Shown here: positions 1 through 14,200 of the stretch, in pieces
How the letters are laid out: every line of letters starts with the position of its first letter
Numbering within the stretch: the stretch's first letter is position 1
NCBI GenBank assembly: GCA_002633005.1
Contig: NMRA01000838.1
Location: 48,196-112,195 of the forward strand
Origin: Phoronis australis
Lineage: Eukaryota > Animalia > Phoronida
DNA: 64,000 nt
Reading direction: 5' to 3'
Made by a program: the position numbers and the translations under genes
Notes under the pieces: model-generated
What the model was told of the DNA's origin: nothing
The model's input: only the letters and a program-made list of their open reading frames with translations
The model's database searches: none

Positions 1-1893
1 ACTTGCCATGCCTTGTTTTTTTTTTGTTTGTTACTTAATTCATGGTAATCTGTAGTTTAGTCACCGAATTGCGCGGTTTCATACCTTCCAGTGGCCATCA
101 AGAATTGCCACTGGTCATGCTCCAAAACCACAGAGGCATGTGCTCGAAGCACAGAATCATAGTCCTGTGAACTACAATGCCAAAGGTATGCATGCGAACT
201 GCACAGTCAATTACATTCTTTCGTTTGGTTCTTCCAAAAGATAGGATGATTTTGATTTTACGTTTGAACTTTACTTGAACATCAGAATTTGCGGTTTGTC
301 CACTCCTGGTTTCTCAAATACAGATGATGTGGTTCGCACGTGTGATTCAATGTTTCGAATGGATTATTCAGTGGCTGCGGCGTGCAATTCGAAAATCTTG
401 CGTTGATGTATTTGTATTTGTATTATGGTTTTAAGTATTTTTTTCCCTAGTTTTCTAACACCTAAAATCCGGTATTAATGTTCGTCAATGTAGGGGTGGA
501 TGGGCATGCGCACGATTAATAGGTCGTAGTGTGTAGAGAAGTGCATGACTTCTCGTCAGCTTTGAGATTTGACAAGAGATATTCAACGGCGAGTGAGCGA
601 CTAGAATTCGGATATACAGAGATGTGTGGTTGAAGAGTTCCCACTACACCAATAACTGTGTGCGACGGAATCGATGAAAACAACATATGACGGCCGTTTT
701 GCATGCTGCGTGGATACCTTTGAAGTTGCCGTTGCACCCTCGCCATGACTTCTAATACGTTTTCATTTAGGGTAGTTTATTTAGAAATGTTTTGTGCTCG
801 GTGGTAAACAAGTGTGTCATGCATGATTCGGAAAACTGGTCATTTGGTATTACTTCTAGAAATTGTTTCTCTTCATGACTGTCTTTGATGCCAAGGTTCT
901 CTGTTATCAACTGATCAAAAGTGAGTTTTACGCAGCCATCTTAAATTTTTGGCCTGCCTGTTTGTTGCACTGCATTTTACGAGACGTTAATATCATCTGT
1001 TTCAGCGGACATTGAATCTACATTGAATTCTCCAGTTTTAATGTTGTAAGCAAAGTAGCAATAAACCCGAGCTTGTTCCGTCGAAGAAACTAATTCTTGA
1101 TTTTGTCAGGTGCTGCCGTAAAGGTGGTCTCAACTTGTACGTTACTAAAGGTGAAAAGTGATTCTAGTTCGTGCAAAAGATTTGGTAATCGGTAGAAACT
1201 CAAAATCATGCTTTGTGAATAACACAGTAACAAGTCAACTTGAAGAGCTCGGTCTCGAGCGATAACACAATGCCAGTTCTTTCCAAACTAAAAATCTTTT
1301 TTGAGCAAGAAATGTTTTAAGAATAATTTCATAATTGTAAATAGTGTTAATCAAAGGTTGATTTTTGTGACGGAGGGTGGCCGAAATGAGTGTATGACTC
1401 CCGTATACGTATGACAGTTGTTCCGTTCTACATTGTAGTCAGGAAATTTTTGTGTGGTTGTCTGATTATTAAAATAAGACGTGTTTTTATTCATTGACAT
1501 GTACCAAAATGTGTTTTGATTTGCTGTGTTTTTGTGATATATCCTCTGTACTCATTGTCAATTCTATAAAGGAGATATAATGTACGCGCTAACATTCTGA
1601 CAATTTTCCTTATATGCTGCTGTACGTGACTGTTTTACATGTGTTTGCAGGGCTATTAAAAGGCTTTGAAAAGCAACTGAATGACTTTGTATATTGTACT
1701 CAACATTTTCAGGAAAACTTTAATTCTCCTCATCTCCTCACAAAATCCCAACGTTATTCCCATTTCAAGTTTCCTCCGGACAAAAATGACGCCTCCTGGA
1801 TGATGTTTAGAAGACTTCGCGAACATTTTTCCTTCGAAAATTGTGGTTGGTTGCGATCATAGACATCTTAATACTATGTTTGCGACACCCTGG

Positions 1894-2132
1894 CAGTAGC
1901 GTGCAGAGGTTTGGTGACTCTGGGCGAACTTTTATTGGATTCCCCTCTTCCCTCTACTCAACTGGACCCTACTACGAAGAAAAATGAAAAAAATAAAACA
2001 TAAAATATCGACTTTATTCAACTTAACTGCAAATCAGTCACAATTTCAAGCAGTTTCGTAGTGATTGGATGGATCCCCCACGATGTGGATGCCCGGGGCC
2101 CTCGCTCCATCCCCCCCTTCTACACGCTACTG
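1894..2132. mobile_element. hAT-type MITE
   Basis: TIRs CAGTAGCGTG...CACGCTACTG; 8-bp TSD CACCCTGG / CATCCTGG (7 of 8 match). Confidence 0.7.
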
Positions 2133-2820
2133 CATCCTGGATCCGTCACTGGGAATTACCTTCGCTGATACGATTGATGCCACCTCAGCCTTAATAAACA
2201 ATCATACCTGCGGAATGCTTTGATCAAAATAAGAGGGCAACAGATTTCTAAAAAATTGGGGTGTGCATCATTAATCGGACCCTTTGATAGGACGATGATT
2301 GACAATGAGTTACTTATGTAAAGGAAACTAGCAGATTAAAAAATAATCATATTCTGATGGTAATGATCATACCAAGTTTCACGACCATCCTACAGGACGC
2401 ATGAAACTTTATTTGCGGAGGTTCCACACATTTCTCCAAAAAGACGCAAAGTAGTCGTTGTTTACGACATAGGAATACATTACAAGCAATTTTTTAGAGT
2501 TGACCAGGGTTACAGGTGACGATTTTGTTTTAGAGGGCTTGTCCCTGTCTATTAACAGGCCAAAACCGGGTTTAGTATCCATTTAATAGAGAAAACGTGT
2601 TGAGTTGTGTTTTTGTTAGTAAGGTGTTAAGTCCTACTTTGAGGAGTTAGACCTCATGCATGAATTCTGATCCTCTACTAAGGCCTAAGGATAGGTTTTG
2701 AGTTTTTTAAACATCCCTCTGACTTCAATTTTGCATACGTTTTTGCAACCGTTTTAATAGCTTTTTGAGTAAATGGATGTCTGCAACATTACAAAACACA
2801 ATTCTTATATCACATCTAAC

Positions 2821-3432
2821 GGTTTACTTTAAAATTCGACAGAAGCTTTCGAAGGTCTTTGTGTTGACCCTGTCTTCTTCTTCTTCAGTGTGGTGACGCT
2901 GTTTGTAGTTGTTCTTCTTGATCTTAAGTTCTCGTACGCGCGAACTTGGGATGCAATAGGAAACCTCACACGACAACGTTCACGTTGAAAAACATTTGCA
3001 CTGCACTAAAGCAAAAATCATATTAATAAGAAAATGTAAGTTTTTGACAAACCTACGTTGTTTTATTTTCAAGTACTGGCGATCTTATTCACCAAACAAT
3101 AACTTATTAACCATTCACATATTTTTCCGATTTTACTTTAATGATTGCTTGATTCCAAGTTCCCGCATACGCGATCTTGAAATTAAGCAGGATGCGAAAT
3201 TCCTGTCATAAGCGCGGAAAAGTGTTATTTTCATTTGTTAGCAAGTGAGAATAACGCAGATAGCATGAAGATGATGAATCCATCTCCATCAAAGAAATGT
3301 GTGTGGAATGAGCGGGGATGAAGGAGGTTATAAACTTCTCTGCGTCTACATACGGCGCCACCTACGCTAACGAAGAAGGCTTAGTCGTCACCAAGGCCTT
3401 CGAAAACTTGTGACGATTTTTAAGGTATATCC
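2821..3432. mobile_element. Old non-autonomous TIR element (MITE-like)
   Basis: ~43-bp imperfect inverted ends (ggtttactttaaaattcgacagaagctttcgaaggtctttg vs caaggccttcgaaaacttgtgacgatttttaaggtatatcc) plus an internal inverted pair 2920-2956 / 3148-3184. Confidence 0.5.
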
Positions 3433-3886
3433 TCGGTAGCCTTGGTACAAAGCTGTATACTAAATATGCACCGATGTAGGTAAAACAGTGGTAAGATAAC
3501 ATCTGACACAAATTTAGTGTCATTAAAAACTACAGTCTTCCTTGAGTAAACTAAATTATTTAACGGTGTGGCCAGTTTATTTTCAGCCAATTTTTCAATG
3601 AACTGTTGTTCTTTCACGAGGTTGCATACAGGTCATAACAAATTATCGGAGCTGATTTCACTTCATTATAAGTTTTTTAGAATTTTGATACCGAAAAACC
3701 GAATTTCAGAAGAAATTTTGCTGCTGCCAAGCTGTCATCATTTCCGGAGAGATGTCACAAAAATTTAGCAAATGGCGGGTGCGCGTGACAGGAGCGTACT
3801 GTTTTAAAAACGACGGCATACTTTTCATTGTTAACTAACGTAGAAAATAAATCTGAAACTAAATAAGGAGATCCAGATCCTCCCAA

Positions 3887-6800
3887 TAGTCTAGACGAAT
3901 TTCTGGAAAAAGTGCATGTTAGAGGCATTTTTTAGTAAAAGTGGAGAACCTATCTTTTTAGCATAATTATGGTGTGCTGATTTTGATTATGCCTGTTCCC
4001 AAGATGGATTTTGAGTTTTTGACCATCTAATTTGCATAAACAAAATGGCCGCCAAACCAACAAAATAAGAAACATTCGTGGGACCAGGAGTACAATATGT
4101 GACGAATAATTAAGAAATTTTTGCTACAAAAACATAGTATAAATGTGTTTAGATCACTTAAATTTAAGAGCATATTAATGAACATCATTAAATTCCCCAA
4201 TTGTGCTAATTAGCTTCCGCCATTACCGAAAAATTCAAATTTCGGTGTAACTGTATCAATTTGCAGGCAAATATGACAAATGAAGTGTCTATACCTATGT
4301 TTTGAAGGTCTAGAAAAATCATTATGACACATGTGAACCTTTTTATTTCTTCTTCATTAAGTTACAATTTATGCTCATTAATAAAGCCTTAAAATTAAAT
4401 TTGAAATCATAATTATCAATGCTTTTTTGCGAACATCTCATTATTTAGATAAGACATAAAAGTATTGTGAACATAGCAACATGACTTTTAAATACTGTTG
4501 TAAAGAGATGCATGGCCATGTCGTCCCATTTTGGACAGGAACATACCATCCTCACAGTCGACCAAGAACTCTGCTGCAGATTAATGGAGCTTACGTGGTC
4601 GGTCCCAGAATACCAAAATATATTAATATAGTACCTCTTTTAGTGGTTCTTCACGTATCAATGAATTTTATCAAGGCCATAGAAGATCACATGAATGATT
4701 CCGGAATAGCCGAGGTGTGCATAGAGAGTGCAGTACTTGGTCAAGGCCTATGGAACTGGTCCTCAGTGGAAAGTCGTACAGCAAAGCTACAGTATGAGGG
4801 CACACAAACTGTCTTTGTAAGCTCTGTAGCATCTCCTGCATGTGCCAAGCCTTCTCTCGTTTATTGCAGAAGTGACTGTCATGCTTGTATTACCAGTATG
4901 TCTGCAGATGATGATCCACAGAAAATTCCGTAGTTGATAACATTTCTCAATTAGGATAAGTTCAGGAAACTCCTGGGCATTTTGTCAACAATAGTTCTGA
5001 TGACGTGAATTTCAGCTTCTGGTGGAGTCACATGTACATGGTTCCTATATTGTTAAAGTACACATGCTCTCAACGGGATGGTATTTTGGAACTGCATCTT
5101 TATTCATTTACTCTCATGCTGCCCCACCGAATTATGCCCGAGTGGGGTGCGGTCTTTTTATCCGAGATGCGTCAGCTTCCACAGTCTGTTTGGTAAGAGT
5201 TTCAAGCAGGAAATTTTGTAGTCAAGTAATCTCCTCATATGTTCTGTCAGCTATATTCTGACCAGCGGGTAAATGGGGCAGGCAAAACGGAGGTGGCATC
5301 ATCGGTAATACCAAAACCTCGTCAGCTCTATGGAGGTGGACACTCTCATTTAATCTGAAATCTCATATAGCTGAACAAACTTACTGCTGTGGGAGTACAT
5401 ATTTTCATAACGAAGCCACGTGGCAGCTTTCGAGAGTTCCCTTCTTTACGCATTCCATGGATTGAAGGTCTTCTCGTCCGCAAGGCCTTAGCTGCTACAA
5501 AGTCTTGCAACAAAAGACCTAGCAACAGCACTAATCCAAGAGTCACTTTTGCATGCCAAGGAACTTGGTCAGGAACATATTAAGAAATTTGTTCGAGACC
5601 AATTATCACTGAGCAATGCGATAATTCAGACATGTCAATTCACGCACCTATGCGCAAAAATAATGCCCCAACATTTGCCAACTTATATGATTTTGGTGAA
5701 ACAAACCAAAGACAAAGACAAGAAAGTAGTTCTTAAGGCAGATAGGGATGTACTTTGCTGCCTTCGGCTTATGAGGCCAGTTGATTTGCCATCTGTGCTC
5801 AAACACGAGCTTCTTCCAGTCCATGTTTTCTTACAGAAACGAGTGGCACATTGCGCACTGGAGATAAGTCTTGACTTGCCGAAGTATTAATAGTTAACAC
5901 ATTGACTGTCCTGAAGCAATTCAACTTCATGACACGCCCGCTTGCCTCATTATTGATGGCGAAGCTTTGCTGGTAGCTCTTGGGAAGCCTGATGGTGATG
6001 TGACTTTCGAGAACCTGGTTAATTCATTCATGAAAACAGTGCTAAACACAGGTTTCGATATCATAAATTGACATTGTAATTGACAGATACAGTCATGAAA
6101 CTATGAAGGTCACAACAGGAAAACAGCACAGTAAAGGAACACAGCAAATCAGGTGATCATTTTTGGAAGGCCATGGTCTACCTCTTCCTCAAAACTGGTC
6201 AAATTTTCGGGCACTGGCTGAGAATAAAGCAGATCTAGCACATTTCTTGTCAGAGAAACTGTGTTTGTAGACACCTGAAGATAATAGGTTATGGTTGCAG
6301 GAGGGTTCAAAAATGAGATGGAAGTAAATTAAATCATCTAAGGATGTAACTGATTTGAGGACTCTGAAATCCACACATGAAGAAACAGATGCAAGATTGG
6401 TACTGCATGCTGTCCACAGGCCGTCGTGTTTTCCAGGGACACCCGATGTTCTACTGCTTCTGGTATCGCCCTTCCAACAAATGCAATGTGAGCATATCTG
6501 TATGATGTAAGGCACATCAAAGAAATGACGATATATGCATATTGAAGCACTTTTCAACAAACTACCACGAGACTCAGCAACATCCTTGTTTGCTTTTCAT
6601 GCCGTAACCGGGTTTGGCACCAACTCGTACTTTGCCAATCACATGAAACAATCATCATGGAAGGTGTTCCTAGAGCATCACAGACTGCTTAAGAACCCCT
6701 GCATTGGTGAACTCACTGAGCAAATTACGATGGCTTCAGAAGTATTTGTCTGCAGAATATACAACACGACCAGAACAGACCTGTAGATGTAGCACGCCAT

Positions 6801-7895
6801 TTACTATTCTCCAAGCCCGTGAACGCAGAAGTCCTTCCCCCAACGCATAATGCCCGTTGTTTCCATCTGATGAGAGTGCACTATCAGGTCAAGGTATGGC
6901 AAAATGATAATTGTTCCATACCTGAGCTCCCAGCACCCTCTGATATGGGAGGGACACAAAAACTTATGCTTGCACCCCTTACTGATGACACAGAGTTCTA
7001 TCCCAGACAGCTGCCTAGAGATGGTATTGTGTGCATGCCAGAAACAACGCAGCAGTAGATAATGCAGATGCAAGAAATCTGGATTTCGATGCATATCATT
7101 ATGCACATGCCAGCAGTACATTCATGATCAGATTCCTTGTATGCAAACAGTTTGATTTGCCTGGCTTCAGGCATGTTAAAAAGTACCAAAAAGTGAATGC
7201 TAAAACTGTGTTCAGCAGGCCTGAAAACTATTCATGAAACTGAGAATCTAATGTTTTCAATAACAATAACTCTATTGATTTTTTATGAATGGAAGATAAC
7301 GGTATAGTGCGAACATTTGTCCTATATTCCATCAAAATAGTGACACCTTGCTTGACGAGCATTGCAGATTAAAGACTATTTTTTCCACATTCTGTAAGTA
7401 TACATCTATAACTCAATAAATATGAAATCAATTGCTCCAAAAATGTCTTTAGTGTTTTTGTTGACCATGATAATATAAGTATAAACACCTCATTTTTCAA
7501 GTTAGCCTGCAGGAACACAAACTTGTGACGCAAATTACATTGTATGGTAAGTGCGGCACCTAATTTGCATAATTAGTTTTCAGAGTTGCATTTTTTAGTT
7601 TTCATAAGTGATGTATTGCTCAAGAAGTATTTATAAGAAGTGTACAGGTGAGACATTTCATCATTTTAAATGGTATATGGCGATTTCTATTACAAAAATA
7701 CATCTGAACTTGACAGTTTGGCCGCCATTTTGTTTATGCAAATTAGATGGTCAAAAATGCAAAATTCGGCTTGGGAACAGGGTTAGTTGAATTCGCCATA
7801 CCTTGATTGTGTGAAAAAGTCTTGTTCCCAACTTTTACTAAAAAATGCTTCTAGAACCTTATACAGGGCTCTTTTCAGGAAATGCGTCTAGACTA
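3887..7895 (+). mobile_element. Academ-superfamily DNA transposon (AcademX-like), decayed and internally deleted
   Basis: Termini TAGTCTAGACG...CGTCTAGACTA; 3-bp TSD CAA (3884-86 and 7896-98); imperfect TIRs of ~170 bp with further inverted similarity at ~4260-4320 vs ~7455-7510; frameshifted transposase/XPG remnants inside. Confidence 0.85.
4481..7115 (+). pseudogene. Disrupted Academ transposase-XPG/PIN nuclease-Cys-rich ORF
   Basis: Fragments PFWTG, LHVSMNFIKAI..M.DSG, FWW.HM.MV.ILL...QRDG..ELHL...NYAR, IIDGEAL, IVIDRY, ENKADLAHFL, THEETDARLVLH, AFHAVTG..TNSYF, LPPT..A..FHLMRVHYQ, C-terminal CxC...CRCKK...C...CxC; many stops and frameshifts. Confidence 0.85.
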
Positions 7896-7927
7896 CAAGG
7901 ATACTATAGTTTCACGAAATGTAGAAT

Positions 7928-8071
7928 CAATGAAAAATATAAATAGGTAAATAAAACAACAAGAATGGATCAACTGAAATTTTTCGGATGTAATAACGTC
8001 CTTTGTCAACAGAAACAGAAATCAGTTGATCCATTCTTGTTGTTTTATTTACCTATTTATATTTTTCATTG
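7928..8071. repeat. Perfect 50-bp inverted repeat with a 44-bp spacer
   Basis: 7928-7977 is the exact reverse complement of 8022-8071. Confidence 0.92.
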
Positions 8072-10144
8072 TTAGAAATTGCGGAGAGTTACGCAAGAAA
8101 ATGACGTATATTGCATTGTTTTTCACTTAAACGGCTGTAACGGGCAAGGCGAATGTCGGTTGATTCCCAGTTTTTGCATGAACCCCGTCCGGTCTTTAGC
8201 TTTACATGTTGATAAAGGATACAAATTTCACGACAAGGTGACAAGCAGAACTACCCTGGCTGTATGCACTTTCGGGGTCAACCGAAGAAATACACACAGT
8301 AGTACCTAGCTGTATTTTGATGACAGTCTTCATACAGCTAGCTGGCTGGCTATATCCTTGGATGCATGTTGACTGATAATCAAACCTTTACAACCTTTGA
8401 AGTGTAACTGAAAAGTGACTTTGTATTCTTTATCAAAAATGTGCTGTGGAGTATCTTTTGTCGGATTTTCATTGTCCGAACACTTGTAAAACTCATGAAA
8501 AGGCTATTGCATTTCTAGAATTACGGTTTGGAGCTAGATTATCCTTCGATCATATACACCTGACTAATGTTCAGGGTATGGATTTCAAAATGTAGGCACA
8601 AGGATCGAAAAGGAAAAAAGCACGCGGTAGAGCGGCAGCGGGATAGTGCCACGAAATTGCGAAGATGGGCACATGATCAGGGACTTCCGTATAATTCAAT
8701 CTAATGGAAACGAAACTGTGTGGCAAGAGCTTTTGTGCGTGATAAGAGTTTTTGCGGTGCGTGATAAAGGTGCGCACACATAGGAAAATTTAGTTTCCAC
8801 CAACTAATTATTATGACAGACATAACTGAGTAAATTACAGCCATGTTTATTGCACCCCCCCCCCCTCCCCCAACGAACAAGAGCTTATTTCCATTGGCAA
8901 GTGAAAGATGAATGCGTTCAACTCTATTTATTGCGTCTCTCCTGCTCCACCTCTCGTCTGCAAATTCTGGTTAATTCCAGGGTTCTTATAAAGTCACGCA
9001 GCGAAGCTTCTTTTCAGTTTTACGTGCTGTCAGCACTTCCATACTATCAACTGTGTCAATTCTTATATCAAAGAAGAAAAGATAGGGAACAGTAGGTCCG
9101 TCCTGAATTACACGGCGATAGAACTCTGGTTTGTCCCGAAGATAAGAACGTTTTGAAAATCTGGCAGGATTTCGTGTCTCTCACTGATGTCGGGAAGTCG
9201 AAGAATTTTACATCATGTATCCACTAGTATTTGTCCAGTTTATCAAACTTTCTCACGTCGGAGTTGCAGCTCACAGCACAGCAGTAATACTTCATTTGCA
9301 TTGGAGGGGCGTATAGAATAATGCAACCGAGAAAAAAATAACAATCAGACAACAACAAATAACATGTGAAACTCCAATGGCGCGAAAACGAGACAGCAAA
9401 TGTGCCCGACGGATGTTTACGGCATTGTGGGTAAATACCTCGAGATTCAAGTGTTGCTGTGTAATCCGGGCGTGCATTCAGTAACGCTAGGACTACGCTA
9501 GGACCTAGCTAAAATCTAGCCAAAGGCGCGTGATCTCATTTAAAATACACAGCAATTTCCCACGTAATCTCGCGAAGTCTTGCTTTTTGGCGAGGTCCTA
9601 GGCTTACTGAGCGGGAGGCTGGACTGCCCTACCGGAGGCTTTCGTTACACCCTAACAAGTGAAATCGTGGGTACTGGTTGCAGCCATGCTAAGTGATCGA
9701 ACTTGATGAAAACTTATGACGTTAATCTCATCTGATAATAAAGCCACTTGTCAAACAGCACTGCAGAAATTGTTTGCCACGACCGAGTTGGTTTCGACAT
9801 TCGGTTCGAATCGCCAAATTTAAACCTCCGATTGAATAGGAGTCTGTATAAATTCTCCGGATGTTTTAATTGGCAACAGAAATACTGCTCTATCATGGCA
9901 TCAAAGAATTTGGGATCGGTTTTGCAAGGAGTTAGTCTTTTTTTCTTTTTCAACAACTAAGCTGAAACTTAGTAATTCAGTTTTAACTGGATAATTTCCT
10001 AACCTTGTTCTATGATTTTATTACGTACTCGGTAACATCCCGTTTTCCATTAATAACAGCCATCCGTTACCCCAGGACGTTTAACAAAAACTAATCCGTT
10101 GTAAATCGTCGTTATTTAACGCTTACCTCTTTATCGATCTAAAT

Positions 10145-11263
10145 TCATTTGTTAATTTGCAACTGTTTTCTCCTTGAAAGATTTGGCGTGGAGTCAGGTG
10201 ACTTCATGACCTTTCCGTTAATTTCTATTGTATCTGAGAAATGAACGCGGTTCGTTTTAGCCTTAACTTCCTTGTCATCATTTTCATCTTGCAGAAGACC
10301 GTCTGCTTTGTTGTTTTCGGACTTTTCACCTAACCCCTTATCATCATCCTCGTCCTCATCGTCTAAATTTTCTAAAATTTTTTGGAATTCATCAGATCCT
10401 TCAGGGACTATTTTCATCGTTACTTTTCTGTCCAACTGGGGACTGTATGTTTTAATGCAGAAGTCGATATATTGTCTTACGCCATCTTGTTTCAGATGGT
10501 CTGCTTCATTCAGGTTCCCCAGTAAAGCTTTCTTTGGCACACTTTGAGCAGATTCTTCAAATGGCTGCAAAAATGCCCGAGGGGACCTAGGACTTACGGA
10601 CGGAGAACGCGACACGTTACCTCCACCTATGGGTGGTAAGTGCATGGATAAGGAATCGGAAGGAAATCTCCGTCGACCAATGCGGGGAGATAACAATGCA
10701 CTATTCGGCCGCCCTCTACCCACTGTTTCATTATAATGCAAAGGGCTAAGCCGTGGTCGAAACGTCAAGTCAAGGTCGTCTCTGCTTCCTCGTCGAGGTC
10801 TGTGGTTTATGGGGAATTTAACCATGCCCGAGAAACTATCCACGAAACCGGATTTCTCAGCTGCATGCTTACTTGTTGGTTCCACCCTTAATCGCTCTCG
10901 TGGAGAGCGTTCTTTGGATCCATCTGTTTTTCCATCATTCTTCTCGTTTTTTCTTCTCGGAGAGACATTGGACACATTTCTAGGTTGAAGTCTTGGAGTC
11001 GCAATGTGCTTCACACTGTCATAGCGGCTTGCGTCATTCACCAGCGTGTGATCAACATTATCGACACCAGGGAATCGGTCACAGCTGTTCGCCTTCTTTA
11101 ATAGTTTTTTGTGCGGACGTTGACAGATGGACAGGGGAGACGAAAAGAACCTCCCACCGTTTTTTGGGTGTCTGTCATTTCCTCCGCCATCGTCTTCGAT
11201 CTTTTTTACTTGGGCCATTGAACTCCCTGTGTTCGGATCTTTCTTCGCATTGGCAATATCCTC
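10145..11263 (-). CDS. Main exon of an uncharacterised Ser/Pro/Arg-rich, probably disordered protein
   Basis: 357-aa ORF, still open upstream to a ttttag acceptor at 11264-65; many SP/RxxS motifs, an acidic tract and RVHF; a GAG|GTAAGC donor lies 18 nt after the stop. Confidence 0.7.
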   Translation of the reverse strand, partial: EDIANAKKDPNTGSSMAQVKKIEDDGGGNDRHPKNGGRFFSSPLSICQRPHKKLLKKANSCDRFPGVDNVDHTLVNDASRYDSVKHIATPRLQPRNVSNVSPRRKNEKNDGKTDGSKERSPRERLRVEPTSKHAAEKSGFVDSFSGMVKFPINHRPRRGSRDDLDLTFRPRLSPLHYNETVGRGRPNSALLSPRIGRRRFPSDSLSMHLPPIGGGNVSRSPSVSPRSPRAFLQPFEESAQSVPKKALLGNLNEADHLKQDGVRQYIDFCIKTYSPQLDRKVTMKIVPEGSDEFQKILENLDDEDEDDDKGLGEKSENNKADGLLQDENDDKEVKAKTNRVHFSDTIEINGKVMKSPDSTPNLSRRKQLQINK

Positions 11264-14200
11264 CTAAAAATCAAAACAGTGACGATTACTCAGCAAGCTG
11301 ATCATTCAAAATTAACACGTTTATGGTCATTATCTTAGGTGCACTCCACAGCTATAAGAAAATCAAGTCCAGCTGTGAGAATTTGTCATGAGATGGACAC
11401 TACATCCGCTTTGACGACACCTGGAGATGTTTTCCCAATTAAAACTGAGGAAATTAGGCTGGGCTTGTGACTATTGATCTCTCGAATGCCATACGTCAAA
11501 TATGTCTGCATCACAAACAGTAATGTGACACATTATAGTAATTTGTGATATCTCGAAATGAGCACCTTGCTGGAGACGATGTTCCGTCTTAACTTACCTT
11601 TGGTAAGGCCCTGGGTTCGCCACCATCGATGATAAGAATAATATTAGTTTTCAATCATTTCCTAAAATGACGTTTAATTTCTTGCTAGTAGCGGCGAAGG
11701 GAGGCATGATACCGTGGACACGACGCAAATTACAGGTATAAATTATACACTAAGACGTAGGTCAATCATTAAACAACATTGATCGAGTGACTACTTTTCC
11801 AATTGATTTCGTAGTACGTAGTTGAATCACATATGTACTTGGCAAAACACTACTGAGAGATAAAGGTAGCGTGTGTCGGTATTTGAAAGTTTTTTTATAG
11901 ACATAGATACAGGTATAACAAAATACGCAAGGGCTGAATTACTGAACATTGTTTTTTGTCACGTGGTGTTTGAAGATGCATGCGCAACCATTTAGAGTAG
12001 TCAAATCAATGGGTCGTGGTTTAAAACAGGAAAACATCGCTTGTTGGTGTTCACCGATATGACGTCACCACGCCGTGTACTGCCACTCCTGACATCACTG
12101 CACTAATTAATGTTAAAGGGCAGTTACTTCTCAGACTACATAGGAACTTCATAATAATTCACCAAAAAAAACTTGATTCATATCACTCATTTCCATGATT
12201 CTATGTTAATGCTATGATGCTATAAACGGTTAACAGGAATTCCTACTAAACTACTGGATATAATTTTCAATGCAAGGTTTTTCGTCATTTGTGAATGATA
12301 GGTTGACTATTCATCATCAGCCTGATAAGAATTCAAATTGACCGAAAAAGGGGTGTACGCATCGGATAAAATGCTCATTACAAATCACAAAAACTGTGTT
12401 TCTAATATCCCCATACCACGATAAATATTTATTGTATACAGGAAGAATGTCAAAAGGCCATCGGAGTTTGACAAGGGTTGCCTAACTTCTTATCAGTCGC
12501 ACGTGCGCTATCCATGTTAATACGTGTAAAATCAAATGCTATCATGGCGAGGAAATTTTAAGACCATTTTTTGCAATTAATCGGTTTATTTCATGATGTC
12601 TATGCTTGGGCTTTAAGAAGGAAGGAAATGACATAGATTCGGGATGTGTTCTTCATTGTCACCATTCTGCATTGTAGTGTTCTAGGCGCGCCCATCATGG
12701 ATATCCTAAATCAATGAGGCAAAGAAAAACGCAGGATCCATGTTTAATAGCAGGCCGAATAAACAAGAGGTCAAAGTCCGCGTGTATGTACTGGCTTAAA
12801 GTTGTAGTTGAGAGCAGTGCAAACATTGTTTTGTTTAACTTCGATTTCCTTATGGCACTAATAGTTATTGATCCTAAAACCACTATTCAGGGCTATTTTC
12901 TGTATGAAAAATATTAAACGTTCAGGAGATAGTATACAGAGCATTAATTTGCTTATTATTTCATGTGTTATTCTACAGAATTATGAGCTGGCGGAATTTA
13001 TCCGAGTACTAACTTTCGTGCGCGTGAAATCACTGTGGTTACTGCACTAATATCAAACTCATTTCGAGAAAAACAGGTACTATTCCTGTCAACTTATAAC
13101 AACGTTCTATATATGCAGGAACATTCCAAACGCGTGTGCACGTGCGCATATCCGTATGCACATGCACATTTTGCAAAATGATTACTAGGGTTGCAAAGAA
13201 CTGACATAGCGCTTGTCTGTGTGACCATGTGCACGGCCCATAAAATGGCACTCGGTGACAAGCCATAAAGAACCGTCAGTTCCCTCGAAACCATGCTGAA
13301 ATCATTTCCCATTTGACTAGGGAAACGTTTCAGATCAATTTCATAACAGTAACTGATCTAAATCGAAATATGATGTTTATGACTGAAAGCGGGTTTAGTG
13401 CATCTTTAAACAAAAACCCACAAAGCCTTCCAGCCACTTTTAGAGCTAATTGTTTCTTTGTTGTTTTCAGTGGCCTTTACTCGTGCTTTGTTAAAAAATT
13501 GTAAGCGTAAGCCAATTGCAGCTCAAGCGTTTTCGATGCTTTCTAAGTTAGACATCGAACCGTTCCCATAGTGGTCATTAAAATAAGTATCTGACCATTC
13601 ACGGGCCCGTTTGAATTACTATCAAGCTCAAGATATTTGATAACCGTTTTTGCAAAACGCATGGTCCAACTTTGTCTGATCCATTGATTGATTTCGATGA
13701 CGTCAACGTTCAACATCTTAGCAAGACTAATGAGCGGACTCAAACGTCATTAACTACCTGAACACACTATCAACAAAACAAGTCTGATGGGTTCTTATTA
13801 ATTAACCTTTTTATTACTTGCACTGCAACAGGTGACGCTGGTGGAGGATAGTGCTGCTTCGTGTTAATCACTTCACATGCACGCATCCAATCTTAAATGA
13901 GGTGGTGTCAAATGAGAAATGCGAAATAAAATGCATAGGAGCGTTTGAACACAAAATAAAGACAATACGATTGTAGTTGTTTTTAGTCTACATTCAAATG
14001 TTTTAATCGTATCTCCACCGTCCATTTGATACAGGTTTATAGAAATCAAGCTATTAATGACAACTGAGTTTACTGAAACGAGATAATTCTAAACAATTTG
14101 ACAGTTTTGCGGCAAAAAGTCCCTCTTCATGAGTCTTTATGACTAGAGATTGACAGTCCTCACGAAGACGAATCTTGTCGCTAAGTTAAAACTTAAAAGG

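Noticed and set aside
1-1860. Short ORFs and a possible 3' UTR of an upstream gene
   Set aside because: No recognisable protein or consistent splice structure.
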